Source: Vicugna vicugna (Eukaryota). From it: a stretch of 64,000 nucleotides of DNA. The notes beneath the pieces are model-generated. The model worked only from the letters and a program-made list of their open reading frames with translations. It was not told the DNA's origin and made no database searches. Each line of letters opens with the position of its first letter. Positions within the stretch are counted from its first letter, which is position 1. The translations under genes and the position numbers were made by a program. Shown here piece after piece: positions 42,241 to 54,274 of this stretch. The stretch is from contig MU058718.1 of the NCBI GenBank assembly GCA_013265495.1, positions 4,299,648 through 4,363,647 on the forward strand, written 5' to 3'.

Positions 42241-42506
42241 GTGTACAACAAACTATTCCAAAGCTTGGTTGTTTGAAATAACAACTATTTTATTATGTCT
42301 CATTATTTTGAAGGTCAGGAATTTGGGCAAAGCTCTGCTGGACAATTCTGCTCTAGGTGCTATTGACTGTGATCATTTGGTGGTATTCAGCTGATGGCTG
42401 GTCTAATCTGGAGGGTTCAAGATGCCTTAATTCACAAGGCTGGCACTTTAACAGGCTTAGCTGTAAAACTGCATTCAGTCAGATCCATCTTCCTTTCCAT
42501 GTAGTC

Positions 42507-43972
42507 TTTTTTTTTTAATTGAAGTATAATCAGTTACAATGTGCAATCTCTGGTGTACAGAATAATGTCCCAGATGTACATAGACATACATAGATATATT
42601 CATATTCATCTTTTAAAAAGTTTTATTGAAGTATAGTCAGTTTACAATGTTGTATCAATTTCTGGTATACAGCATGATAGTTCAGTCATACATATACATA
42701 CATATATTCATTTTCATATGCTTTTTCATTATAGATAACTGCAAGATATTGAATATAGTTCCTTGTGCTATACAGTATAAGCTTGTTATTTATCCATTTT
42801 ATATATAGTAGTTAGCATCTGCACATCTCGAACTCTCAGTTTATCCCTTCCCACCCCCTGCACCCCCTGGTAACCACTAAGTTTGTTTTCTATGTCTGAG
42901 TCTGTTTCTGTTTTGCAAATAAGTTGATTTGTCTTATTTTTTAGATTCCATATGCAAGTGGTATTATATGGTATTTTTCTTCTCTTTCTGGCTTACTTCA
43001 CTTAGAATGACAGTCTCCAGATCCATCCATGTTGCTGCAAATGGCATTATTTTATTTTTTATGGCTGAGTAGCATTCCACTGTATAAATATACCACATCT
43101 TCTTTATCCAGTCATCTGTCGATGGATATTTAGGTTGTTTCCATGTCTTGGCTGTTGTAAATAGTGCTGCTACGAGCATTGGAGTGCATGTATCTTTTTG
43201 AATTAAGGGTCCCTCTGGTTATATGCCTAGGAGTGGGATTGCTAGATCATATGGTAAGTCTGTTTTTAGTCTTTTGAGGAATCTCCATACTGTTTTCCAT
43301 AATGGCTGCACCAAACTGCATTCCCACCAACAGTGTCAGAGGGCTCCCTTTTCTCCACAGCCTCTCCAGCATTTATCATTTGTGGACTTTGGAATGATGG
43401 CCATTCTGACTGGTGTAAGGTGATACCTCACTGTAGTTTTGATTTGCATTTCTCTGGTAATTAGCTATATTGAGCATTTTTTTCTTGTGCCTATTGGCCA
43501 TTTGTATGTTTTCATTGGAGAATTGCTTGTTTAGATCTTCTGCCCATTTTTGGATTGGGTTGTTTGTTTTTCTCTTATTGTGTTGTATGAGCTGTTAATA
43601 TATTCTGGAAATTAAGCCCCTGTCAGTCACATCATTTGCAAATATTTTCTCCTATTATGTAGCTTGTCATTTTGTTTTGCTTATGATTTCCTTTGCTGCG
43701 CAAAAGCTTATGAGTTTAATTGGGTCCCATTTGTTTATCTTTGCTTTTATTACTATTGCTTGGGTAAACTGTCCTAGGAGAATATTGCTGAGATTTATGT
43801 CAGATAATCCTTTGCCAATGTTTTCTTCTAAGAGGCTTAAGGTGTCTTGTCTTATGTTTAAGTCTTTAAGCCATTTTGAGTTTATTTTTGTGTATGGTGT
43901 GAGGGAGTATTCTAACTTCATTGATTTACATGCAGCTGTCCAGTTTTTCCAACACCATTTGCTGAAGAGACT
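42507..43972 (-). mobile_element. Relatively young 5'-truncated L1 (ORF2 C-terminus + 3'UTR)
   Basis: Minus-strand ORFs 43667..43921 (LTPYTKINSKWLKDLNIR) and 42964..43179 (AALFTTAKTWKQPKYPSTDDWIKKMWYIYT) are L1 ORF2p C-terminal motifs; poly(T) at 42507. Confidence 0.93.
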
Positions 43973-45307
43973 TTACTCAGTCTTCACATTCTTCACCCAT
44001 TCTGAGGAGTCTGTTCACATACTTCTCCCAGAATTCATCATCACCAATTTTCAAATTATGTTCCTTCCAAGTCCCTGGCCATCCAGCAAAACCATTGGCC
44101 ACAGCCCACGAGTTGGTATATAATTGCATGTCTGCTCGTTTCTCCTTCTGAGCAAAATGAACAACCGGGTATACTGCTCAAAGTTCTACCATCTGGGAGG
44201 ATTTCCCTTCGCCACTGTCTTTCAAGGATGTCCTGGGAAAAGGCATGAGTGCTGCAGCTGTCCACTTTAGGGAGGTGTCCACATATCACACAGAACTATC
44301 TATACACCAGGCCCAAGTCTCTTCTTCCCCTGTCACCTGATTGTAGTGAATGCCTCATGAGGCCATAGCTGTAGACTGGGAAAGAGAAGGTGGTGTAGCA
44401 GGAACAGGGGACATAGGCATTTGGGCCACTTCTTCATGTAACTTATTTGTGCCTTCAGGACCTGATCGGGTCTGATCTCATATGTATCACTTCCATTTGA
44501 TGATGGAGTGCTGCTCTGCATCCCCAACTTTATGGCTTGGTGACACCCAGGTAACACCCAGTTCATTATGGGCAGCTCAGGTTGTATGATAACCTTGGTG
44601 GCCTAAAGTTAAGCATTCAGTCTCTCCTAAGGCCCAGTAGCAAGCCAAAAACTGTTTCTTAAGAGGAGAACAGTTATTCACAGAGGATGGCAGGGATTTG
44701 TTCCAAAATTCTGAGGGTCTACACTGTGATTCACCTACAGGGGCTTGCCAGATGTTACAAGCTGCATCTCTGTCTCCCACTATCACTTCAAGCATCATTA
44801 GATCTGCAGGATCTTATGGTCCAAGTGACAGAGCAGCTGGCACGGCAGCCTGGACTTGCTGCAGAGTCTTCTCTTGATGTGAATGCCACTCAAAACAGCT
44901 TTTTGGGCCCCTTTTTGGGTAAATGAGCCAAACTAGCAACCCAAATGAGGAATATATTGTCTCCAAAATCCAAAGAGATATCGTGCCTCTTTTTTGGCTG
45001 TAAAGGGGCCAGATGCAACAACTTAAACTTCACTTTAAAAGGGATATCTTGACATATCCCACAACACTGGACCCCTGGAAATTTCTCTGAGGTAGTTCTC
45101 TGAATTTTTGTCAGATTTGTTTCCACTCTCTGACACACAAATGTCTTACCAATAAGTCTAGAGTTGCTTCTTCTTTTTCCCTAGGTCCAATCAGCATAGT
45201 GGCTGGAGAGTTGATACTCCAGTGAAGCAGAACAGTGAAGGTGGATTGCTGGCCTTGCCAGCTGAAAGTAAACTGCTCCTGGTGGTCTTTATTAACAGAG
45301 ATGGAGA

Positions 45308-45446
45308 GGGAGGAAGGTATAGCTCAGCAGTAGAGTCCATGCACGAGGTCCTAGGTTCAATCCTCAGTCCCTCCATTAAAACAACCAACCAAACAAACAA
45401 AAAAAACCTAATTACCTCCCCCACCAAAATAAAAACAAAAACAAAA
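45308..45446 (+). mobile_element. tRNA-derived SINE (Vic-1-like) nested in ERV-L RT
   Basis: GGTATAGCTCAGCAGTAGAG...GGTTCAATCC boxes A/B; perfect 14-bp TSD AACAGAGATGGAGA (45294-45307 / 45447-45460). Confidence 0.9.
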
Positions 45447-46126
45447 AACAGAGATGGAGAAAAAGACATCATCAGATCAATAGCTGTGTACCAGGTGCCA
45501 GGGGATGTGCTAATTTGCTCAAGCAATGAAACCGCATTTGGTACAGCAGTTCCAGCTGCAGTCACCACCTGGGTAAGCTTACAATAATGCACTGCCATTC
45601 TCCAAGATCCCTCTGTCTTCTGCAGAGGCCAAATAGGTGAGTTGAATGGGGTGTGGTGGGGATCACCACCCCTGCATCTTTCAAGTCCCTGATGGTGGCA
45701 CTAATCTCCACAATCCCTCCAGGAATGCAGTATTGCTTTCAGTTTACTATTTCCCTAGGTAGAGACAGTTTTAGTGGCTTCTGCTTGGCCTTTCCTCCAT
45801 AACTGCCCTCATTCCACAGGTCAGGGAACCTGTGTGGGGATTCTGCTAGTTGCTGAGTATGTCTGTTCCAATTATGCATTCCAGTACTGGGGAGATAACC
45901 ACATAATGGATTTGGGGACTCACTGGGCCACTGTGAGACAGACCTGAACTAAAACGCCATTAATCACCTGACCTCCATAAACCCCTACTCTGACTGGACC
46001 ACAGTGATGTTTTGAATCTCCTGTTAGTATCAGTTCAGAGCCAGTATCCAGTAATCAATCCCCAATGCACAATTACCCCGATAAAAGGCTGTAGGTCCCT
46101 TCCTCAAGGGGACCCAGACTTCCTTT

Positions 46127-46217
46127 TCTTTCTTTTTTAATAGAGGTACTGAGAATTGAACCCAGGACCTCATGCATGCTAAACATGTGCTCTACCACTG
46201 AGCTATACCCTGCCGCT
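46127..46217 (-). mobile_element. tRNA-derived SINE (Vic-1-like, short tail) nested in ERV-L
   Basis: TSD ACCCAGACTTCCTTT (46112-46126) / ACCCAGACTCCCTTT (46218-46232). Confidence 0.85.
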
Positions 46218-46729
46218 ACCCAGACTCCCTTTCATACAAGGAGTTCTGGGTCTGCAAACTGGCTGAAGTCTGGAAATTGATTGAAAGTCTATGACTCTGT
46301 TTTTATGATTTTTGTTCACTTGAGCTACAACTCTTTGGCTTATACAGACCAAGTAAGAATTTAGTAAGCTTCCCATATATACTTCTATGAACACTGTGAT
46401 CAAATAGCCAACATGATCAGTCTCCATGAGTCAGACTATTCATATCGCTGCTTTGACTCTGCTGTCCACTATGGTAGTCACACCCAACCTGCCTCTGGAC
46501 ATGAAGGGCTGCCATTGGACTCTACCACTCCAAGGTCCAATCACTCCCCTTGCAATTAGGTTTCCCACTATAAATTCTGGCCTGCAGAGAAATGTGATCA
46601 CAGGGCTTATCAAGGGTGCTAAGGATTCCCTCACAAATTTATTTCCCACTGTTGTGGGGAAAGGAGTGTTCTCTGGGCCCTCGCAGGGTGGGTGAGTAGG
46701 TCTTAAATGACAAATGCACCCCAGTATTA

Positions 46730-46850
46730 TGGAATTGTGGAGATGGTTGCACAGCATTGTGAATATTTTAAGAGTTACTGAAGTATACACTTTAAAATAG
46801 TTATGATGGTGAATTTTATGTTATGTGAATTTACCTCAATTTAAAAAACA
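46730..46850 (+). mobile_element. Short old L1 3' terminus
   Basis: GATGGTTGCACAGCATTGTGAAT...ACACTTTAAAAT...TTTTATGTTATGTGAATTTACCTCAAT. Confidence 0.7.
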
Positions 46851-46863
46851 TCTCAAAGACTAC

Positions 46864-47392
46864 TGTTGGGGCTCAGGGTAGGTTTCCCCAAAATATGCCT
46901 CAATAGCATATTGATTATTTTGAATTAAAGTTACCTAAGAAATGGCCAACACAAGAGGGACACTCTCTCCTTCCTTTCTATTTCCCTGAAAGCAAGAAAT
47001 AAATTGCTCATGTCAAAGGTGTATTCCCTGAAGTTGGAAGAATATCCTTATTGCCAGAGATAGGGAATTCAGGCTGAGAAGTCTGATAAATGAACCTTGT
47101 TACTTCTTTAATTTACTACTCCAAGCCCGAATTCTGTTTAGATTCTTTACTAATTGAGCACCCAAAACTTAAGTTGCTTTGTCCTGTGAATTCCTTACAA
47201 ATTTATTGTTCCTTTGTCTAAAAAGTTTAAAAACTGCCTGCTTTGGCCACTTCTTAGGTCTCATTTCCATGAGACCTCCATGTGCATGAATTAAATTTTT
47301 TCTCCTATCAATCTGTATTCCATCAATTTTATTATTAGTCCAGCCATAAGAACTCAAGAAGGCTAGAAGGGGACATTTTCCCTTCCCTGACA
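46864..47392 (+). mobile_element. ERV1-type solo LTR (MER34/MER39-like)
   Basis: TGTTGGGG...CCCTGACA termini with perfect 4-bp TSD CTAC (46860-46863 / 47393-47396); 529 bp. Confidence 0.82.
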
Positions 47393-48564
47393 CTACACAT
47401 AGACTATTTCCATGAGTTGAGTGGAAGGTAAGATTAATAAATTATATCTTATCTGAAATGAAACTATGTTGGTTCCTATAAATCCCCACTTCATCTTCTA
47501 GAGATCAGTGAACTTCCAAGGATGGGCTTCAGGCCCCTTTCAACTTGGTAGTTACAAATGCAGATACCTTGAGCCAAAGTTAATGAATGACTCAAAATTT
47601 CTGGGTGTGATTTCTTCGAATTTGCTTTATGTCCACAGTCATCAGTGAATCACACTAAAGCTTGAGAATCACAGCATTAGATGCCCATAAGTTATCCATT
47701 AATAATTACCTCTAAATTTTCAGTTGGGGCAAATGCCAATAGCACCTGTTTGTGGTTTCAGATATTCACTTTTATCTTTTGTTTGAAAATCGGAAGATGA
47801 GCTGTCCACCTCCTGTTAACTCTTATTTTTCCTGCAAGTCCTCAAGTATCCCTGGTTCAGAATTTTCTCAGAGAAATTATTTCAAAAAACCAGAAATGAT
47901 AGAATTCAATAGTAAATGATGCAGTTTCTTTGTACTTTTTACATTTATCTTTATCTGCTTCTCCCCCTTATATATTTTCTTGCATTTTTCCATCTGATGC
48001 ACATTTTTCTTACAGACAATGCAGAAGCAGTGTATGAGTTAGTTGAGTGACTGTCCCGTGTATAACTTAAATTTGTATCTTGCTCACATCTTATGAGTCT
48101 AGGGCCCTAGAGTGGGAATTTTGCTATAAAGTATTTCAGTTTTCGTTCATAAGGAGCATCTGAAAGTTGTCCCCTTCAATGTGGAGTTTATACATTGGCT
48201 GCTTTTAAACAAAATATTTAGGCATTCTTTTGGGAATGCCTTCAGAGCCAACACAAGACCCTTAATACAGTCTTTGTACAGTTAGACCTCTCGCTTTTAC
48301 TGTTTGGAATACAGTCGACTTGGCTCCCAGTCTTTCCTAAACCCTCCAAATGGTTTATTCCATATTTTGAGCTATTCTGCATGATTAACTGTGCTATTTG
48401 ACGCAGTAATGCTATTGCTGTACGTCCTACAGCAGCCCCCTTAGCGTCTGCAGTTCCTGGTTTCTTCTGAAATGTCAGCCGCTCCCTTTTTACTTAGGGT
48501 CGCCTCCTGCTGGTGGGAATTCTGCTTGTTAGGACTTGGAGCCGCTAGGCTCTCCGGGTTCCTT

Positions 48565-48863
48565 GCCGAGCGCGGTGGCGCGCGCCTGTAGTCCCAGCTA
48601 CTCGGGAGGCTGAGGCAGGAGGATCGCTTGAGCCCAGGAGTTCTGGGCTGTAGTGCGCTATGCCGATCGGGTGTCCGCACTAAGTTCGGCATCAATATGG
48701 TGACCTCCCGGGAGCGGGGGACCACCAGGTTGCCTAAGGAGGGGTGAACCGGCCCAGGTCGGAAACGGAGCAGGTCAAAACTCCCGTGCTGATCAGTAGT
48801 GGGATCGCGCCTGTGAATAGCCACTGCACTCCAGCCTGGGCAACATAGCGAGACCCCGTCTCT
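48565..48863 (+). ncRNA. RN7SL3: 7SL RNA (SRP RNA), second full-length copy; positional ortholog of RN7SL3
   Basis: Identical to 38589-38887 except G5A (48569). TTTT terminator at 48863-48866, no poly(A) or TSD. The paralog number rests on recalled synteny only. Confidence 0.95.
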
Positions 48864-49229
48864 TTTGGATTCCTGTCTTAAAATTGGTTTTCTTCCCACG
48901 TATCTATCATAGCAAACAAAAAGTACCATATTTACATTCTTGCACGACTTATTTCCTACTACAGCGTGAATCCCCTTTGGCGAGACAATCTTGCCTTATT
49001 TTTATTTTTAATCTGACTTCACCATTATCTAGCTAAACACTTGAATATTCAGGTTGCCTAGCATTTATGGAGCCCCTATGATGTACCTGGTACAATGCTA
49101 AGCCCAGGGGATCCCAAGACGTAGATTGATGAGAATCCCACAATACACTGCAAGATGTTCTTCAGAGAGTAAGACTTATTAGAATAGGAACTTGTTTTTG
49201 AGGGTTGGTTCTCCTCGATCATTGAGGAT

Positions 49230-50200
49230 AACGTAGGGCGAATGAAACAGTCCTCTTCGTTACATTTCAAAACTCTACACATCAGGGAACGGGGTCGTGG
49301 CTCTAGTATACAGTCTACCGCGCGCCTGGGGAAATCCTCCCAGTACGCTTCTCGCAAATTGTTACGACCAGCAGGGGTCACTATGGAGGCTGGCTTGAGT
49401 CCCGAAATACAACGAGGCAAAGTAACCCGACTAGTTCGTTAAGCTTTCCAGGAAGGAATGCAGTTTCCAGAGAATAGTTCGGATCTACTTCAAATTGTTT
49501 TGGTACAACGAAAAGCGAGCTGACGACTGCTTGACAGCCGAATACTTCAGAGAAGTGACGCAAACACGTTCGCTTTAAGGAATATTGGGCCTTCTGCGCA
49601 GCCGTAGATACGCCAAGTGCGCCTGCGCATAAGAGTAGCGGCGTTGACTCAGGCAGGTAGTGGAGGAAACTGCGGTAGCAACCCTCAAACCTCGCCATGA
49701 AGACCCGCTTTAGCACCATTGACCTCCGCGCGGTAGTCGCGGAGCTGAATGCCAGGTACTGTACGACAGGTGACCACGTTCGTGCGGGGAGTGCAGAAGG
49801 CAGAGGCCGTGGCCACACGGTGGAAACGAAACCGGCCTGATGTTTCTCCTTAGTCCTCTCACTGCTGTTCTTCTGTGGATCTGGCTAGGCCTGAATGGGC
49901 GAGCGCGTGACATCTTTCCGTAGCCCTCAGGATACCCGGGGGGTCCCCGGCGGCCGCATGCCGCAACCCCGCTCTCGTGGGCTGCTAGTCTCGCCAGGTC
50001 TTGTGTCGGGCTATGGCGGGGCTCTCGTCTTGTTGGCATGAGTCGCCTGGGTCTCGCAGCAAACGTTTAGTAAAACACGAGACGCCAGGTGGACGCCAAG
50101 ACGGAGGAATAATCATTTGCTCCAGTGATTTCCAAACTAGGCGCTTGGTTTGTGAGACGCTCTCTTCACCCTAAAGGCAGCATCGCGTTTTAGCTGGAGG
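49230..50200 (+). promoter_or_regulatory. NEMF CpG-island promoter
   Basis: CpG-rich region around exon 1. NRF1-like TGCGCCTGCGCA at 49618-49629 and half-CRE TGACG at 49556-49560. Confidence 0.8.
49697..49755 (+). CDS. NEMF: NEMF (nuclear export mediator factor / Rqc2 ortholog, ribosome quality control) coding exon 1
   Basis: GCCATG start, MKTRFSTIDLRAVVAELNA(S), donor AG|GTACTG; 59 nt. Confidence 0.95.
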
Positions 50201-50421
50201 TAACAGATTTGGCCTGGGATCTGGATTGTAGTCTGGTATCTGTTATTCGGTCAGTTCAGCTGTGTGAGCTTTGTCGTATCTCCCCGGGCCTCGTTTACAT
50301 TTTTTTTCCTTTAATAATAAATTAAGTGGGTTAGATTTTACTGTATTTCCTTTAAAAATTGGATCCTTTCAAAGACTCAAGGCATTGTATGGTGTTCCTA
50401 GAGCTGATACACCACTTCTGT

Positions 50422-50614
50422 GGTTTTGTTTTTTGTTTTTTCAGTGAACGTAGATTTATTTAGAGAGATACATACTGCATAGAGTGTAGGCTGTTTCAGG
50501 AGAGAGAAAGGATACGAGGTGTGGGGGTTGGGTGCTCAGGTTAAAGTAAAGGTAGATACACACTCCATAGACAGTGTAGGCTGTCTCCGACGATGAGGGA
50601 GCAAGAGAGGCGGC
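50422..50614 (-). mobile_element. Short polyadenylated retroposed insertion (LTR R-region-like) in NEMF intron 1
   Basis: Perfect 12-bp TSD CACCACTTCTGT (50410-50421 / 50615-50626); minus-strand AATAAA at 50455-50460; A-rich tail. Confidence 0.8.
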
Positions 50615-50788
50615 CACCACTTCTGTTCTTAAATGGTTACACTTAAGATTTGGGCTGAATGCCTGATGTCCTTCAGAATCTGATTCCTTTCGTCGAGTCC
50701 CGATCTTTAAAGTCGAAGATTCGCTTTTTTTCTCAGGCTCTGCTTCCGCTTACAGCTTTAAATTGTGTGAAGTTTTGTTTCAAAATGA

Positions 50789-50887
<99 letters not shown>

Positions 50888-50974
50888 TAAGAGCATTTCA
50901 TAGGCTTGCTTTATCGTTTGTAATTAAATACGAGATTTAAAAAAAATCTGGGTTAGCGCTGGCAAATGCCCTAA

Positions 50975-51127
<153 letters not shown>

Positions 51128-51739
51128 TAGAAGCTAAATTTTAAGGCCCTAAGATTGCTCACTAACATTGAAGTTTTAAACTGTTTGGTTTTCCTTCACT
51201 ATTATGAATACAATAGAGATAAAGATAGAGTCGTTGATAGGTACTAGATGAATAAAGTAGATGTTTATTAACTTCTCCCTTTTACCCTCACAACCCATTG
51301 TGCTCCAAATCTTTCTGTTCTCACAGTTACCATTCTGATTCAAGCTTTTATAATGTTTGACATCATAGTCTCTTAACTCTACTCCACTTCTCACTATCAA
51401 AACAATTCTGTATTAAATCAACATTGATTTTTCTAAAGCATGATTTTCATTAGTTATCCCACCTTTTGTGATTCTCTAATTTCTTAATCCATGTCCTATA
51501 TTCTAGCATTCTTGACTTTCTGTGATCTGCCCCCTTCCCTTCTTCCCTAGACTTATCTTCGATAGCTCACTTTTCAGCTACCAATCTGTATTTTGTTGGA
51601 ATACTCACTGACTTTAGTATGTTACCAATCATGTCTTTTTACTTCTCTCTTTATTTTTGTTTTTACTATTAAAACTCAGATCCTGCACTTTGGATGTGCT
51701 ACCCATTCGTTTAATGACATAACAGATATACTCAAAGCT

Positions 51740-51975
51740 CAGGTGGTACAGAGGAAAGATGTTAGAGTCAGATATACCTAACTTTGAATTAATGGTTTTG
51801 TCACTAAATACTTTTATAACTTGGAAATTTTACTTAATCTCTTGGAACATGTTTCTCTAAATGTAAAATGTAGTTAATGCTTCCCCTATGGGGTTATTGG
51901 TGAGGATTAAATGAAGTTACATGTAAAGCACCTAACACAATGCCTGACACATAATAGGGCTCCATATGTATTAAT
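51740..51975 (+). mobile_element. MIR SINE
   Basis: TTACTTAATCTCTTG...TGTAAAATG...GTGAGGATTAAATGA...ATGTAAAGCAC...GCCTGACACATAATAG. Confidence 0.72.
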
Positions 51976-54142
51976 TTCCTTCTTCCTCTCCTCCTCACTT
52001 TCCTTCAGAAATTTATTTGTTTTGGCATTGTGTTATTTCATTAGAGGCTTTACAGAGAAGATCCTTATCCCCAGCAACTTAGAATCTGTTTTGGATTACA
52101 CGTTAGGTAAGTGTTTCCCAAATCACAAGGCCTGTCAAAATTATCAAATTCTTAAAAGTTTAATTTACTTAATAGTAACCCAAAATGATTCTTTTGGGGA
52201 TTGTCCTTAATAATAATGACACTTTGTATAGCACTTTTCAAAGAATAATACATATTTCATTTAAGATGTTTAACAGCTCAGTGACTATGAAGAACAAGTA
52301 TCACTCAGTTTTACAGATGCTGTAACAGGTAACAAGATACATGAGTATACCAGAAATCGACACACTGTAACTGACTACTTCAGTTAACAAAAAATAGACA
52401 TGATACCAGGATTGTGTAAACATCCTCCAAATCAGGCTACGCCAATAAGACGACACTCGAAAAAAAATCTTCGAATTCTATGAGTTAGGTGTACATGTCA
52501 ATCTAACTGTGTATTAAAACTCCTTTAATGAAGCAGACAATGTTAAGCACCTCATAAGTAACTAAAATAGAGCTGTTACTGTTGTATGTCACAGGCAGGG
52601 TCACATTCAATATGTGGTAAATCACAGCAGTTGTTCCGAGTTTTCACATTTGGGGATGCCAGCTGTAGCTTTGTGGCACTGACAGAACACAGTTTTCACC
52701 AAGCTACTGGTAGGGAAATAAAGAAAAAAGAAGCTTGACATATGTACTATATGTCCTTCTATACTCATGATAATTTTCCCTTTTTTTAACCATTCCATGT
52801 TGTGGACTAATACTGCATTCAAGGATGCCTTTTATCTTAATTTTTAACTTTGTTTTTCTCAAATATATTACTGGGGGGACTCTGAAAGAATTGATTATGA
52901 TTTTCACCTGGGGATTTAAAGATAGCCCTGAATGTAGGTCACTGTTTAAATCAAAATTAATATAGGCCATTTTAAAATCAGAACTATTGAATTTAGGAGG
53001 GGGAGATTGTTTATTCTGTTAATGTTGAAAAGCCTTCTTATGTCTGCCTAAATATATGTGAGTATATAATTCTGCCTAAATACATAAAATGAAAATTTTA
53101 TCAATTTGAACTATAGGTCTGGAGAACTCTTAGTTATGAAAGAATTGGCATTACTGCTAAGAATGACCCTGTATATTTCTTTTTTTTTTAAGATGGTTTT
53201 AGATTAACTTCTCTGTAAAATTTGTCTTGATTTTGAGACTTGAAGAAAAGAAAGCATTCTTTCCTGCTGGTCTTATCTAAGGGGTCTTTCAAATTCAAAA
53301 ATTAGAAACAATTATAAATTTTTTTTTTAGGGGCTACAGTGTAGTCTTGTTTCTGGTCCATATCATACTTAAATATTTTTACCAAAGGGTAGTTAGTACA
53401 TGTAATCTAAAACAACAGGTATTTGCTGAGTAAGTTGTATTTGAGTTTAACATGCTAATTTTATTTTAATGCTAATAAGAACAAGAACCTTATGTCTAGG
53501 GATAGGAGGAATGGGATTTGATAAAGGATAGGAGTTATTATATTTGGAATTGAGCTAGGTTGTTCAAAAGCTTTGAGATGGAATGAGAAAAACTGTTTGG
53601 GTTTTATTAGTAAAGTTTGTCGGAATAGAGGGTAATTGGTTGTGAGTATGTTGGAGGCCTAATTTATAGAATTCCAGTAAGCTCATGGTTCAGAATTTGT
53701 ATTTGAAGTGAAAGATTAGTGGAAATCACTAGTTAATCTTGAACACAAATGCACAAAAGGAAATTTGGGATACTTAAAGAATTGGAATACAAAGAGACTT
53801 TAAAAAAGTTACGGCTTTGAGCGAGTCGTCAGGACAAGAACAGATTTATTTCACAGTGGTATAAAGCAACAAAGTAAATTTCGCTATAGGACTGTCATTT
53901 TCTACTTAAAAAATAACTATAAAATGCTTTTTCAGAACGAGCAGCTAGAGTCTTCTGAAATAAAATGTGTTTCTTCTGATTATCATTCTGTAAGTTTTAA
54001 TTTTATGACTGTTTTATCTACTGTTTTTAAGATGTTGTTCCTGATGGAAATCAAAAGGTGAAACTAACTTTAAAACCAATACCAAATGATTAGAAATTCA
54101 CTTTTACTACATAAATACCTTTTTTCTTCTCTTTCTTGCTAG

Positions 54143-54274
<132 letters not shown>

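Larger units (their letters stand above)
43973..46720 (-). mobile_element. ERV-L internal remnant (gag-protease-RT-RNase H), heavily mutated
   Basis: Minus-strand ORFs: 45191..45598 ([10 protein letters not shown]...[22 protein letters not shown]-terminus), 44577..44798 (WQAPVGESQCRP..FW...ACYWAL.ETE.LT.GHQ, RNase H-like), 46440..46790 (gag-like EGPENTPF). Confidence 0.88.

Noticed and set aside
45308..45446. tRNA genes at the five tRNA-like loci
   Set aside because: They have A-rich tails, a shared non-tRNA 3' extension and, in several copies, TSDs. They are SINEs.
43973..46720. Domesticated or intact retroviral gene
   Set aside because: Broken into short frames by stops and frameshifts, and interrupted by two SINEs.
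48508..48525. ZNF143/Staf site upstream of the second 7SL gene (TGCTGGTGGGAATT)
   Set aside because: Spacing is one base off the consensus; too weak to call without a matrix scan.
48441..48929. 162-aa minus-strand ORF
   Set aside because: Antisense to the second 7SL gene; no independent coding evidence.
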